Below, one piece after another: positions 22,040-31,981 of a stretch of 60,591 bases of DNA (positions are counted from its first letter, which is position 1; each line of letters opens with the position of its first letter). Source of the stretch: Parvibaculum sp. (lineage in GTDB: Bacteria > Pseudomonadota > Alphaproteobacteria > Parvibaculales > Parvibaculaceae); the NCBI GenBank assembly GCA_014359855.1, contig JACIYQ010000244.1:1-60591 (forward strand), written 5' to 3'. The position numbers and the translations under genes are program-made. The notes under the pieces are model-generated. The model worked only from the letters and a program-made list of their open reading frames with translations, did no database searches and was not told the origin of the DNA.

Positions 22040-22645
22040 TCAGACCGGGCGGTTCTCATTGCGATTCTTCACCGGCTCCATGAGCGTCAGCCCTTGCTCA
22101 CAGGTGATGGTCTCATAGGCCGCGTCGAGGCCGGGCAGCAGGTCGAGCACGTAGTCGAGCTTGCCGGCGGTATCGAGTTTTTTGATGTCGTTCTTGTCGA
22201 TACCCAGAAGATCGAGCGTTTCCTTCCAGACGGTCGATTCGTCGCAGGGCAGAATGAGGAAGGTGATGCCGCCGATCGTGACCCGATACTTCGCGAGAAG
22301 ACTGATGTTGTTGCAGAAGAAGAGGTAGGTGCCGGCCGGGTTGAGAAGTCCGTCGAGCACTTGCGCCGCCGTCCGCAGATAGGCGAAGGAATGGAGATAG
22401 CCGACAAGAACGGGAATGGTCGGCTTGTTCTCCTGCGCGATCGTCAGAACCTGCTCGATCGAGAATTCGGGCGGCCGTTTTTCATCGGCCACCTGCGTCT
22501 GGAACATCAGCGCTATATCGCCGCGAAACCCGAGGCGCCCGGCTTTGGTCGCCGGGCCTTTCAGCACCGCATTGAGGAGGCGTCCCTCCCGGTCGAGCCG
22601 GCCGAGCGCGGTATTCTCGATCGCAGTCTTCTCTATCGTCGTCAT
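22040..22645 (-). CDS. nif-associated hypothetical protein
   Basis: 201 aa, GAGGA RBS, own sigma-54 motif; GFRGDIAL...DEKRPPE. Confidence 0.75.
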   Translation of the reverse strand: MTTIEKTAIENTALGRLDREGRLLNAVLKGPATKAGRLGFRGDIALMFQTQVADEKRPPEFSIEQVLTIAQENKPTIPVLVGYLHSFAYLRTAAQVLDGLLNPAGTYLFFCNNISLLAKYRVTIGGITFLILPCDESTVWKETLDLLGIDKNDIKKLDTAGKLDYVLDLLPGLDAAYETITCEQGLTLMEPVKNRNENRPV

Positions 22646-22680
22646 GGACGTCCTCTCGATTGCAGCTATGGAAGCCGCCA

Positions 22681-22696
22681 TGCAAGGGGTCTGCCG
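22681..22696 (-). promoter_or_regulatory. sigma-54 promoter
   Basis: Minus strand CGGCAGACCCCTTGCA. Confidence 0.65.
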
Positions 22697-22806
22697 GTTC
22701 GGCATGCGCCATTGCCGCAAGAGGTGCAAGCGGGCGGATCGGCCGATAGCGCGATCGACATGAGCGACAGGCCCCGAATTTCGTCGCGCCACCGCCGGAA
22801 CTTCCC

Positions 22807-22840
22807 TGTCGGAAAGCCGACACACGTCGCAAACGCGACA
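22807..22840. promoter_or_regulatory. NifA UAS plus adjacent near-match
   Basis: TGTCGGAAAGCCGACA; CGTCGCAAACGCGACA. Confidence 0.75.
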
Positions 22841-22884
22841 GCCGGTGATCGGAAAAAACGTCGCTTTATCAGCAGTTTGGCGTG

Positions 22885-22900
22885 TGGCACAGCTCTTGCC
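22885..22900 (+). promoter_or_regulatory. sigma-54 promoter of iscA-nifU-nifS-nifV-cysE-nifW
   Basis: TGGCACAGCTCTTGCC; IHF-like TATCAGCAGTTTG at 22867-22879. Confidence 0.85.
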
Positions 22901-22942
22901 ATTCGATGACCGGAGTCTTCCTCGGTCCCGTTGGGTGAAGCG

Positions 22943-23263
22943 ATGATTAATCTGACTGACAGCGCGTTGAATGCCGTTCGTACTGCGATTGCCGGCGCGG
23001 CCGAACCGGTCGGCGGCCTGCGCATCATGGTCGAGTCCGGCGGATGTGCCGGCTACAAATACATGATGGGCCTCGTTAACGCGGCCGATCCCGACGACAC
23101 GGTCATCGAGCGCGACGGCGTCAAGGTTTTCGTCGATACCAAGAGCCATGAACTTCTCTCCGGCACGACGATCGACTTCGTCGTGGCGCTCGAAGGGTCG
23201 GGCTTCACCTTCGAAAATCCGAACGCGACTTCAAGCTGCTCCTGCGGCAAGTCCTTCAGCTGA
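22943..23263 (+). CDS. iscA: A-type Fe-S carrier (IscA-nif/HesB)
   Basis: GGCAGYKY...NPNATSSCSCGKSF. Confidence 0.9.
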   Translation: MINLTDSALNAVRTAIAGAAEPVGGLRIMVESGGCAGYKYMMGLVNAADPDDTVIERDGVKVFVDTKSHELLSGTTIDFVVALEGSGFTFENPNATSSCSCGKSFS

Positions 23264-23311
23264 AGCATTCCCGGCCGCGACCGGCCGCCCGTTGAGGAGA
23301 GAGGCAAGACA

Positions 23312-23602
23312 ATGCTTGTCGAAACCGAACAGACGATGCGATCGCCGACGGCCGATGCGGAGCGGTTGCGGCTCATTCAGGAAGCCATCGAAGAGATACG
23401 TCCGAACCTGCGCCGCGACGGCGGCGACTGCGAACTCGTCGAGGTCGACGGCAACAGGGTGATGGTCAGGCTCTCGGGCGCCTGCGTCTTCTGCAAGCTG
23501 AGCAGCGCCACGCTCGAAGGCATTCAGGCGCGCATCGTCGAAAAGCTCGGCGAATTGGTGCGGCTCATTCCGGTGGCGGGCGCGGCCAGGGCGAAACACT
23601 GA
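23312..23602 (+). CDS. nifU: short NifU (C-terminal Nfu domain only)
   Basis: IRPNLRRDGGDCELV...LSGACVFC; 96 aa. Confidence 0.85.
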   Translation: MLVETEQTMRSPTADAERLRLIQEAIEEIRPNLRRDGGDCELVEVDGNRVMVRLSGACVFCKLSSATLEGIQARIVEKLGELVRLIPVAGAARAKH

Positions 23603-23625
23603 AGCGATATTGAGAGGGATACGCC

Positions 23626-24825
23626 ATGCGGCCGATCTATCTCGATAACAATGCGACAACACGCACCGACCCTGAGGTCGTCGCCGCGATGCTGCCGTAT
23701 TTTACCGAGAAGTTCGGAAACGCATCATCCGTCCACGACTTCGGCGCCGAAGTCGACGACGCGGTGAGGTTGGCGCGGCGGCAGGTGCAGACGCTGCTCG
23801 GCGCCGCCTTCGATCACGAGATCGTTTTTACCTCGGGCGGCACCGAAGCCGACAATGCCGCGATCCTCTCGGCCCTCGAAGCGCAGGAGGGCCGCGATGA
23901 AATCGTCACCACGGCGGTCGAGCATCCCGCAATCCTTTCCCTCGTCGGCCATCTGGAAAAAACACGGGGGATCAAGGTTCATTACGTCGGTGTCGACGCG
24001 CAAGGGCGTCTCGACATCGAAACCTATCGCCGGGCGCTCGGTCTGCGGACCGCGATTGCGTCGGTCATGTGGGCGAACAATGAGACTGGAACGATCTTTC
24101 CGGTTGCGGAACTCGCGCAATATGCGCATGCCGCCGGCGCGCTTTTCCACACCGATGCGGTGCAGGCCGTCGGCCGCATTCCGATCGATCTCAAGGCGAC
24201 AGAAATCGACATGCTCTCGCTCTCCGGCCACAAGCTGCATGGACCGAAGGGGGTCGGCGCTCTCTATCTCCGCAAGGGTGTGAAGTTCAGGCCGCTCATT
24301 CGAGGCGGAAAGCAGGAGCGGGGGCGGCGCGGCGGAACGGAGAACGTGCCGGCGATCGTCGGATTCGGCAAGGCGGCCGAACTGGCGGCCTCTCTCATGG
24401 ATGAAGGACCGCGGCTCCGTGCCTTGCGGGACCGCCTGGAGCGCGGGCTGATTCAGAGGATCGGTCATTGCGCTGTCGCGGGCGACGTTGGGAACAGGCT
24501 GCCCAACACATCGAACATCGCGTTCGACTATGTCGAGAGCGAGGCCGTTCTTCTGCATATGAACAGGGCGGGCATCGCGGCCTCGTCCGGCTCTGCCTGC
24601 AGTTCGGGTTCGATGGAGCCGTCTCATGTGTTGCGCGCGATGGGTGTGCCCGCCGGGGCCCTGCATGGCGCCATCCGGCTTTCGCTGTCGCGCGAAAATT
24701 CCGCCGAAGATGTCGACCGGGTTCTGGAGGTCGTCCCACCCGTCGTCGAGCGGCTCAGGGAGCAATCGTCGGCCTGGCGGGATCGACAGGCTCGCGGGCA
24801 GGTCGGTGTAACCAATTGCGCGTGA
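23626..24825 (+). CDS. nifS: cysteine desulfurase NifS
   Basis: YLDNNATT, SGHKLHGPKG, SSGSACSSGS. Confidence 0.95.
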   Translation: MRPIYLDNNATTRTDPEVVAAMLPYFTEKFGNASSVHDFGAEVDDAVRLARRQVQTLLGAAFDHEIVFTSGGTEADNAAILSALEAQEGRDEIVTTAVEHPAILSLVGHLEKTRGIKVHYVGVDAQGRLDIETYRRALGLRTAIASVMWANNETGTIFPVAELAQYAHAAGALFHTDAVQAVGRIPIDLKATEIDMLSLSGHKLHGPKGVGALYLRKGVKFRPLIRGGKQERGRRGGTENVPAIVGFGKAAELAASLMDEGPRLRALRDRLERGLIQRIGHCAVAGDVGNRLPNTSNIAFDYVESEAVLLHMNRAGIAASSGSACSSGSMEPSHVLRAMGVPAGALHGAIRLSLSRENSAEDVDRVLEVVPPVVERLREQSSAWRDRQARGQVGVTNCA

Positions 24826-24832
24826 TGAAATA

Positions 24833-26005
24833 ATGAGTGCCATGCCGTTCGATATGTTCCGGGTTATCGTCAACGACACGACGCTGCGCGACGGTGAGCA
24901 GGCGCCGGGCGTGTCCTTCACGCTTGAGGAAAAGCTGGCGATTGCGCGCAGCCTCGAAGCCGCAGGCGTCGACGAGATCGAGGCCGGCGTGCCCGCAATG
25001 GGCGATGCCGTGATCGAGGAGATGGCGGCGGTGGGCGAAGCGGTGCGCCGTTCCGCGGTCATTGCATGGTGCCGGATAACGGAGGCCGATGTCGATGCGG
25101 CGCTGAGGACCGGATTGAAGCGCGTCAATCTCTCGGTGCCTGTGTCCGATCGTCAGATATGGGTCAAATTCCGGGCCGGTCGTCAGGATGTCCTCTCGCG
25201 AATTCATCGGGTTGTTTCCTACGCGCGGGACAAGGGGCTTGCGGTCGCCCTGGGTGGTGAGGATTCGAGCCGCGCGGATGGAGATTTTCTCTCCAGAGTC
25301 ATCGTGGCTGCGGAGGAGGCGGGTGCTCACCGCTTTCGTTTTGCAGACACGCTCGGCGTGCTCGATCCGTTCAGCACTTATGAGATATTCCGGCGCTTGC
25401 GCGCGGAGACGAGCCTCGAACTCGAATTTCACGGGCATGACGATCTCGGCCTTGCAACGGCCAACACGCTGGCGGCCGTGCGCGGCGGCGGAACCCATGT
25501 CAGCGTCTGCGTGCTCGGCCTCGGCGAACGGGCCGGCAATGCGGCGCTCGAAGAAGTCGTCGCGGCGCTCGGCCAGCTCGCCCGCCGGAAGACCAATGTC
25601 GATCTCACGCATCTGTTCGATCTGGCGGAACTGGTTGCCGGTGCCGCGCGGCGCCCCATCCCCGCGGCGAAATCGATCGTCGGCTCGGCGGCTTTCGCGC
25701 ATGAATCCGGCATCCACGTCTCGGGCCTGCTGCGCGATCCGGAATGCTACGAGGCGCTCGATCCGGCCCTGTTCGGGCGCACCCGAAACATCGTGCTGGG
25801 AAAACATTCGGGCATGGCGGCGATCGCCAGCGCGCTGACGTCTCTCGGCGTTGTCGTCGATGAGAGCCGCGCGAGGCGGGCGCTCGACAAGGTCAGGGCG
25901 CGCGCCGTCGCGCTCAAACGGCCGATCGAGAAGGATGAACTCCTCGAATTCTACGACGCGACATCGCCCGGACAGGCGCGCCCGGCGAGCGCCGAGGTGG
26001 AATGA
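24833..26005 (+). CDS. nifV: homocitrate synthase
   Basis: [38 protein letters not shown]. Confidence 0.93.
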   Translation: MSAMPFDMFRVIVNDTTLRDGEQAPGVSFTLEEKLAIARSLEAAGVDEIEAGVPAMGDAVIEEMAAVGEAVRRSAVIAWCRITEADVDAALRTGLKRVNLSVPVSDRQIWVKFRAGRQDVLSRIHRVVSYARDKGLAVALGGEDSSRADGDFLSRVIVAAEEAGAHRFRFADTLGVLDPFSTYEIFRRLRAETSLELEFHGHDDLGLATANTLAAVRGGGTHVSVCVLGLGERAGNAALEEVVAALGQLARRKTNVDLTHLFDLAELVAGAARRPIPAAKSIVGSAAFAHESGIHVSGLLRDPECYEALDPALFGRTRNIVLGKHSGMAAIASALTSLGVVVDESRARRALDKVRARAVALKRPIEKDELLEFYDATSPGQARPASAEVE

Positions 26006-26817
26006 GGATATCGACCATGAACCCGCGCCGCGTTCGAGGAGGATCGAGCAACAGCCGCGACGCGACGCTGTGGACGCTGATCCGCGAAGACGTGGCTTGC
26101 GTGAAGGCGCGCGATCCGGCTGCCCGCTACGCCGCCGAGGTCGTGCTGACCTATCCGGGCGTTCACGCCGTCATCTTCTATCGGCTCTCGAACCGGCTCT
26201 GGAAGAGCGGCCTGCGATTTCCCGCGCGCTGGCTCTCCTGGTTCGGGCGGCTGCTGACCAATGTCGACATTCATCCGGGCGCGACGATCGGCCGGCGCTT
26301 CTTCATCGATCATGGCGCGGGCGTCGTGATCGGGGAGACGGCGGAGGTCGGAGACGATGTGACGCTCTATCACGGTGTGACCCTCGGGGGCACGACCTGG
26401 TCCGCGGGCAAGCGTCATCCGACGATCGAGAATGGCGTCCTCATCGGCGCGGGAGCGAAGATTCTCGGTCCGATCACGGTCTGCGTTGAGGCGCGGATCG
26501 GTGCGAATTCGGTGGTGGTGGAAGATGTGCCGCCGGGCATGACAGTTGTCGGTATCCCCGGCCGGATCGTACGCGATGCGAGTCGCCGCCGTCGTCGCGA
26601 TGGACGCATCGACCTCGATCACCATCTGGTGCCGGATCCGGTTGGCGAGGTTTTGAGCGTCCTGATCGACAGGATCGAGTTTCTGGAAGCCCGTCTCAGC
26701 CACATGCAGGGACGCTCCTCGCTCCATCCGGGAATGATGGGGCCCGCCAATAAAACGGCTCAGGCAGCGTGCGAAACGCAGGCCGCCGCCATGTCAAGCA
26801 AGAGGAGACCACAGTGA
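26002..26817 (+). CDS. cysE: serine O-acetyltransferase (NifP type)
   Basis: [28 protein letters not shown]. Confidence 0.93.
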   Translation: MRISTMNPRRVRGGSSNSRDATLWTLIREDVACVKARDPAARYAAEVVLTYPGVHAVIFYRLSNRLWKSGLRFPARWLSWFGRLLTNVDIHPGATIGRRFFIDHGAGVVIGETAEVGDDVTLYHGVTLGGTTWSAGKRHPTIENGVLIGAGAKILGPITVCVEARIGANSVVVEDVPPGMTVVGIPGRIVRDASRRRRRDGRIDLDHHLVPDPVGEVLSVLIDRIEFLEARLSHMQGRSSLHPGMMGPANKTAQAACETQAAAMSSKRRPQ

Positions 26818-27170
26818 TGAGCGTGCTCGATGAACTGGCGCGATTGTCCGCGGCCGAGGAATTCTTTGCCTTCCTCAACGTGCCCTACGAGCCCTCGGTC
26901 GTCCATGTCGCGCGGCTCCATATCCTGCGGCGGATGGGGCAGTACCTCAAAGGCAGCGAGAGCGACGGTGCCTTCGTAGGTCTGCGCGATTCCGACATCC
27001 GGGCGCTCTGCCGCGAACATCTGGAACAGGCCTATCAGGATTTCGTGACCTCCTCGCCGATCCAGGAGCGCCTCTTCAAGGTCCACAAGGAGGCCGCCGA
27101 GCCGAAGCCGGAGGCCGCGAGACCATTCGTGCCGCTCGCCTCGTTGGCGGTGGCGAAAAAGGAGGCGTGA
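26817..27170 (+). CDS. nifW: NifW
   Basis: LSAAEEFF...VARLHILRR...AYQDF...FKVH. Confidence 0.9.
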   Translation: MSVLDELARLSAAEEFFAFLNVPYEPSVVHVARLHILRRMGQYLKGSESDGAFVGLRDSDIRALCREHLEQAYQDFVTSSPIQERLFKVHKEAAEPKPEAARPFVPLASLAVAKKEA

Positions 27171-27176
27171 CAATGA

Positions 27177-27192
27177 TGTCGCTTACCCGACA
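27177..27192. promoter_or_regulatory. NifA UAS for fixABCX
   Basis: TGTCGCTTACCCGACA. Confidence 0.75.
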
Positions 27193-27285
27193 GAGGGGTT
27201 CGGTTTCGTGCTCTGCCTTGTCGGGAGAAAGCCTCATTCCGCCCGGTTTCATGCGACTTCTGCGCGATTCCGCGCCGGGGCCCGT

Positions 27286-27301
27286 TGGCACGATGCTTGC
27301 C
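27286..27301 (+). promoter_or_regulatory. sigma-54 promoter of fixA
   Basis: TGGCACGATGCTTGCC. Confidence 0.88.
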
Positions 27302-27357
27302 GTTACGCAATCGTAACCTCTGCTGTCGCGGAGGTGTCAGGACGAGGGTGAGAGCCG

Positions 27358-28212
27358 ATGCATATCGTCGTCTGCATGAAGCAGGTTCCCGACAGTGCGC
27401 AAATCCGTGTTCATCCGGTCACGAACACGATCATGCGCCAGGGCGTTCCGACGATCATCAACCCCTATGATCTCTTCGCGCTGGAAGAAGCGATGCGGTT
27501 GCGCGATCGCTTCGGCGGCGAGGTGACGGTGCTCACCATGGGGCCACCCATGGCCGAGGACTCGCTGCGCAAGGCGCTCACTTTCGGTGCGGACCGCGCC
27601 GTTCTGCTGACGGATCGTTTCTTTGCCGGTTCGGATACGCTTGCGACGAGCTATGCGCTCGCGGGCGCGCTCGCGAAGATCGGCGAGGAATTCGGCAAGC
27701 CCTCGATCGTCTTCACCGGAAAACAGACGATCGACGGCGACACGGCCCAGGTGGGTCCGGGCATCGCAAAGCGGCTCAGGCTCAACCAGCTAACCTATGT
27801 GGCGCGGATCGCCGAACTCGATCTCGCGGCGGAGGAGATCACGGTCGAGCGCAGGGCCGAAGGCGGCGTGCAGGTTCTCTCGACGCGGCTGCCCGTGCTC
27901 GTCACCATGCTCGAAGGCACGAACGAGATGAGGCGCGGCACGCTCGAAGATGCCTTCCGCGCCGCGCGCACGCAGGTCGTGACCTGGAGCGCGGCGGATG
28001 CCGGCATCACCGATCTCACGAAATGCGGGTTGCGAGGTTCGCCCACCATCGTGAAGAAAGTTTTCGCGCCGTCGGCCCGCGCCGAGAAGGCGCATCAGAT
28101 TCCGACGGCCGATCTCTCCTTCGAAGCTCTGGCCGAAGCGGTGATGGGCGAAATCTTCGCGCGACAACCCGCCATCGAAGGTGACCTGATGCGATTTTCA
28201 AGCGGGCAGTAG
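27358..28212 (+). CDS. fixA: electron-bifurcating ETF beta subunit
   Basis: MHIVVCMKQVPDSAQIRVHPVTNTIMRQG, GKQTIDGDTAQVG. Confidence 0.96.
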   Translation: MHIVVCMKQVPDSAQIRVHPVTNTIMRQGVPTIINPYDLFALEEAMRLRDRFGGEVTVLTMGPPMAEDSLRKALTFGADRAVLLTDRFFAGSDTLATSYALAGALAKIGEEFGKPSIVFTGKQTIDGDTAQVGPGIAKRLRLNQLTYVARIAELDLAAEEITVERRAEGGVQVLSTRLPVLVTMLEGTNEMRRGTLEDAFRAARTQVVTWSAADAGITDLTKCGLRGSPTIVKKVFAPSARAEKAHQIPTADLSFEALAEAVMGEIFARQPAIEGDLMRFSSGQ

Positions 28213-28224
28213 AAGGGTTCGATC

Positions 28225-29322
28225 ATGGCTGAAGCACCGAAACAGGCGCCGGCAGCGGCCGGCAGAGCCGCAACGAAGAAGGAGCTCCCCGAGCACTTCA
28301 AAGCCTACAAGCATGTCTGGGTCGTCGTCGAATGCGAGCATGGCGTCGTCCACCCTGTCTCGTTCGAGCTTCTGGGAGAAGGCCGCAAGCTCGCCGACAA
28401 GCGCGGCGCGGAACTCGCGGGCGTCGTCATGGGAAACGACAGGGCCGCGATCGCCGCGGCCGCCGCCGCGGCTTTCGAATATGGAGCGGACCTCGTCTAT
28501 ACGATCGCCGATCCCGCGCTCGCGCATTATCGCAATGAAGCCTTCACCAAAGGGCTGACCGATCTCGTCAACACCTACAAGCCGGAGATATTACTGCTGG
28601 GTGCGACGACGCTCGGCCGCGATCTCGCGGGTTCCGTCGCGACGACGCTGCTGACGGGGCTCACCGCGGATTGCACCGAACTCGCGATCGACGAGGAGGG
28701 CTCTCTGGCGGCGACGCGGCCGACTTTCGGCGGCTCTCTGCTCTGCACGATCATGACGTTGAACTACAGGCCGCAGATGGCGACCGTGCGGCCCCGCGTT
28801 CTCGCCATGCCCGAACGTCAGCCGGGCCGGAGCGGCCGCATCGTCGAGCATCCGCTCGATCTTGCCGAGGATGACATTGTGACGAAGGTGCTGCGCTTCG
28901 TCGCCGATCGCGATTCCAACCAGGCACAGCTTGCCTATGCCGATATCGTCGTCGCGGGTGGGCTCGGTCTCCGTTCGGCCGAAAATTTCCAGCTCGTCAA
29001 ATCGCTTGCCGAAGTGCTCGGCGCCGAATATGGCGGCTCGCGTCCTCTGGTCCAGAAGGGCTGGATCGCCGCCGACAGGCAGATCGGGCAGACGGGAAAG
29101 ACGATCCGGCCGAAGCTCTATATCGCCGCCGGCATTTCGGGTGCGATCCAGCATCGGGTCGGCGTCGAAGGCGCCGACATGATCGTCGCGATCAACACGG
29201 ACCCGAACGCCCAGATTTTCGATTTCGCCCATGTCGGCATCGTCGCCGACGCCATCAAGCTCTTGCCGGCCCTGACCGAGGCATTTCGCAAGCACTTGTC
29301 TGTAAATCGTCTCGCCGGTTGA
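28225..29322 (+). CDS. fixB: ETF alpha subunit
   Basis: [33 protein letters not shown]. Confidence 0.96.
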   Translation: MAEAPKQAPAAAGRAATKKELPEHFKAYKHVWVVVECEHGVVHPVSFELLGEGRKLADKRGAELAGVVMGNDRAAIAAAAAAAFEYGADLVYTIADPALAHYRNEAFTKGLTDLVNTYKPEILLLGATTLGRDLAGSVATTLLTGLTADCTELAIDEEGSLAATRPTFGGSLLCTIMTLNYRPQMATVRPRVLAMPERQPGRSGRIVEHPLDLAEDDIVTKVLRFVADRDSNQAQLAYADIVVAGGLGLRSAENFQLVKSLAEVLGAEYGGSRPLVQKGWIAADRQIGQTGKTIRPKLYIAAGISGAIQHRVGVEGADMIVAINTDPNAQIFDFAHVGIVADAIKLLPALTEAFRKHLSVNRLAG

Positions 29323-29332
29323 AGGAGGCACT

Positions 29333-30637
29333 ATGATCAAGGAACGCTTCGACGCGATTGTCGTGGGTGCAGGCCCCTCCGGAAACGCGGCCGCCTATAC
29401 GATGGCGAAGGAAGGGTTGAAGGTTCTCCAGCTCGAACGCGGCGAATATCCCGGATCGAAGAACGTCCAGGGCGCCATTCTCTATGCCAATGCGCTGGAG
29501 AAGATCATTCCGGATTTCCGGGAAGACGCGCCGCTGGAGCGGCACATCATCGAGCAGCGTCTCTGGACGATGGACGATGCCTCCCATGTCGGCATGCATT
29601 ATCGCTCCGAGGACTTCAACGAAGAGAAGCCCAACCGCTACACGATCATCCGCGCGCAATTCGACAAATGGTTCAGCCGGAAGGTCCGCGAGGCGGGTGT
29701 CACGCTTCTTTGCGAAACGACGGTTACGCAGCTCCTGCGGGATACGAACGGCAAGATCATCGGCGTCAGGACGGACCGGGGCGGCGGCACGGCCTTTGCC
29801 GATGTGGTCATCCTCGGCGAAGGTGTGAATGGCCTCGTCGGGCAGCGTTCGGGCCTCCGCCCCGAGCTTAATCCGGACAGCGTGGCGCTCGCGGTCAAGG
29901 AAATGCACTTTCTTCCGCGCGAGGTGATCGAAAGCCGGTTCAACCTGAAGGGCAATGAGGGCGTCGTCATCGAGGCCATGGGAACGATCACGGCCGGCAT
30001 GACCGGAACGGGCTTTCTCTATACCAATCAGGAATCGATCTCGGTCGGCATCGGCTGCATCGTCTCCGACTTCGCGGATAATGGGACATCTCCCTACGCG
30101 CTTCTCGAAGCCCTCAAGAACCATCCGAGTATCAAGCCGCTTCTTGCGAACTCCGAATGCAAGGAGTACGCGGCGCATCTGATCCCGGAAGGCGGATATT
30201 ATTCGATCCCGGAACTTTACGGAGACGGCTGGCTGGTCGTCGGCGACGCAGGGCAGTTCGTCAATGCCGTGCATCGGGAAGGTTCCAACCTCGCGATGAC
30301 GACGGGCCGCATTGCCGGCGAGACCGTCGTCTGGCTGAAGCGCCGGCGCGACGAGATGTCGAAGGCCAATCTGGCGGAGTACAAGCGCCGCCTCGACGAG
30401 ACTTTCGTCATGAAGGATCTCAGAAAGTACAAGAAGATTCCCGATTTCCTTCACGGCAACAAGCAGGTCTTCGGTCTCTATCCGAAGCTCTTCACCGACG
30501 CCGCGCAGACCTGGTTTCGCGTCGACGGTACCGACAAGAGAACCAAGGAAAATGAAATCTTCAAGTCGTTCCGCAAAGGCCGGACGCTGCCCGGCCTGAT
30601 CGGCGATGCATTCAAATTGGCGAGGGCATGGCGATGA
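29333..30637 (+). CDS. fixC: FAD-dependent oxidoreductase FixC
   Basis: [29 protein letters not shown]. Confidence 0.96.
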   Translation: MIKERFDAIVVGAGPSGNAAAYTMAKEGLKVLQLERGEYPGSKNVQGAILYANALEKIIPDFREDAPLERHIIEQRLWTMDDASHVGMHYRSEDFNEEKPNRYTIIRAQFDKWFSRKVREAGVTLLCETTVTQLLRDTNGKIIGVRTDRGGGTAFADVVILGEGVNGLVGQRSGLRPELNPDSVALAVKEMHFLPREVIESRFNLKGNEGVVIEAMGTITAGMTGTGFLYTNQESISVGIGCIVSDFADNGTSPYALLEALKNHPSIKPLLANSECKEYAAHLIPEGGYYSIPELYGDGWLVVGDAGQFVNAVHREGSNLAMTTGRIAGETVVWLKRRRDEMSKANLAEYKRRLDETFVMKDLRKYKKIPDFLHGNKQVFGLYPKLFTDAAQTWFRVDGTDKRTKENEIFKSFRKGRTLPGLIGDAFKLARAWR

Positions 30638-30945
30638 TGGCGATGGCAGAGATGGGCGCACCCGCGATCAAGGTGGAAGAGAAACTGTTCCAGAACCGGT
30701 ATCAGGTCGATGCGGGTCGTCCTCATATCAAGATCCGTCCTCACGAAACGCCCTCGAAGGCGCTCCTGTCGCTTACCTACACATGCCCGGCCGGATGCTA
30801 CAGCCTGAACGACAAGGGACAGGTCGAGATCACCGCCGACGGCTGCGTGGAGTGCGGCACCTGTCGCATCGTCACCGCCAAGACCCGTGAAATCGAATGG
30901 AACTATCCCAGAGGCGGATTTGGCGTCTTGTACAAGTTCGGCTGA
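30634..30945 (+). CDS. fixX: ferredoxin-like FixX
   Basis: [36 protein letters not shown]. Confidence 0.94.
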   Translation: MMAMAEMGAPAIKVEEKLFQNRYQVDAGRPHIKIRPHETPSKALLSLTYTCPAGCYSLNDKGQVEITADGCVECGTCRIVTAKTREIEWNYPRGGFGVLYKFG

Positions 30946-30951
30946 TCGTCC

Positions 30952-31827
30952 GTGAGCATACCTGTTCTCCCGGGAGAGCCTTTGCGGCTTTCCGATATGG
31001 AGATCGAGCGCCTCCTCGATGAGGATACGCGCTTCGGCGACATGACGACGCGCGCCCTCGGCATTGGCGATGCGCCTGCGCGCATGACATTCACGGCGCG
31101 ACGGCAACTCGTGCTCTGCGGATCGGACGAGGCGGCGCGTCTCCTCTCGGCGCTGGGTGCCTCCGTGTCGGCGGTGGAGCGGTTCGGAACGCATTGCGAC
31201 AAAGGGACGCCGCTGCTCGAAGCGACGAGGCCTGCCGCTGTGCTTCATGCGGGCTGGAAAGCCGCGCAAATCCTGGTGGAATGGGCTTCTGGAATCGCGA
31301 CGCTGACCGATGAAATCGTGACCGCTGTCAGGGCGGTGGCGCCGAAGGTCGCTGTCTTGTGTACGCGAAAATCCATACCATTTACACGTCAGCTTTCGCT
31401 CAAGGCGGTCATTGCAGGCGGCGGCGGCATTCACTGGCTTGGGCTCTCGGATACGGTCATGCTCTTTCCCGAGCATCGTGCGTTGATGGGAAGCATGACC
31501 GAGCTGCGCGACTCTATCAGCAGGCTCAGGGAACGACTGCCCGAGAGGGCGATCATGGCGGAGGTCACCTCCGAAGCAGATGCCGTAAAGGCCGCCGAGG
31601 CCGAGGCGGACGTCATTCAACTCGAGAAATTCAGCGTCGATGCCGTCCGGCGGGTCGCGCAACAGATCGAGAAACGGTCGGACGGCCGGCCGATCATCGC
31701 CGCCGCCGGTGGAATAAATGTTCAGAATGCGACTGAATACGCGCTGTCGGGAGCCGACACCTTGATCACATCGGCGCCTTTTTATGCAGTGCCGCTCGAT
31801 GTGCAGGTATGCATAGAGCCGCTCTGA
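30952..31827 (+). CDS. modD: ModD (NadC-like)
   Basis: GDMTTRALG, SGIAT, CTRKS, AAAGGIN. Confidence 0.85.
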   Translation: MSIPVLPGEPLRLSDMEIERLLDEDTRFGDMTTRALGIGDAPARMTFTARRQLVLCGSDEAARLLSALGASVSAVERFGTHCDKGTPLLEATRPAAVLHAGWKAAQILVEWASGIATLTDEIVTAVRAVAPKVAVLCTRKSIPFTRQLSLKAVIAGGGGIHWLGLSDTVMLFPEHRALMGSMTELRDSISRLRERLPERAIMAEVTSEADAVKAAEAEADVIQLEKFSVDAVRRVAQQIEKRSDGRPIIAAAGGINVQNATEYALSGADTLITSAPFYAVPLDVQVCIEPL

Positions 31828-31981
31828 GCTTCGTGGCTTCTTGCCGATTGCTGGTGGACAAGGATGCGGAGAAATCGAGAAGCAGCCGACGCAGAATCCT
31901 CTTGCACCTGCGTTTCGCTGCTGCAACAATTTCACAAGACCTCATGTCTCAGACGAGGTTTTGGGGGAGCGCGCCCTGAAC

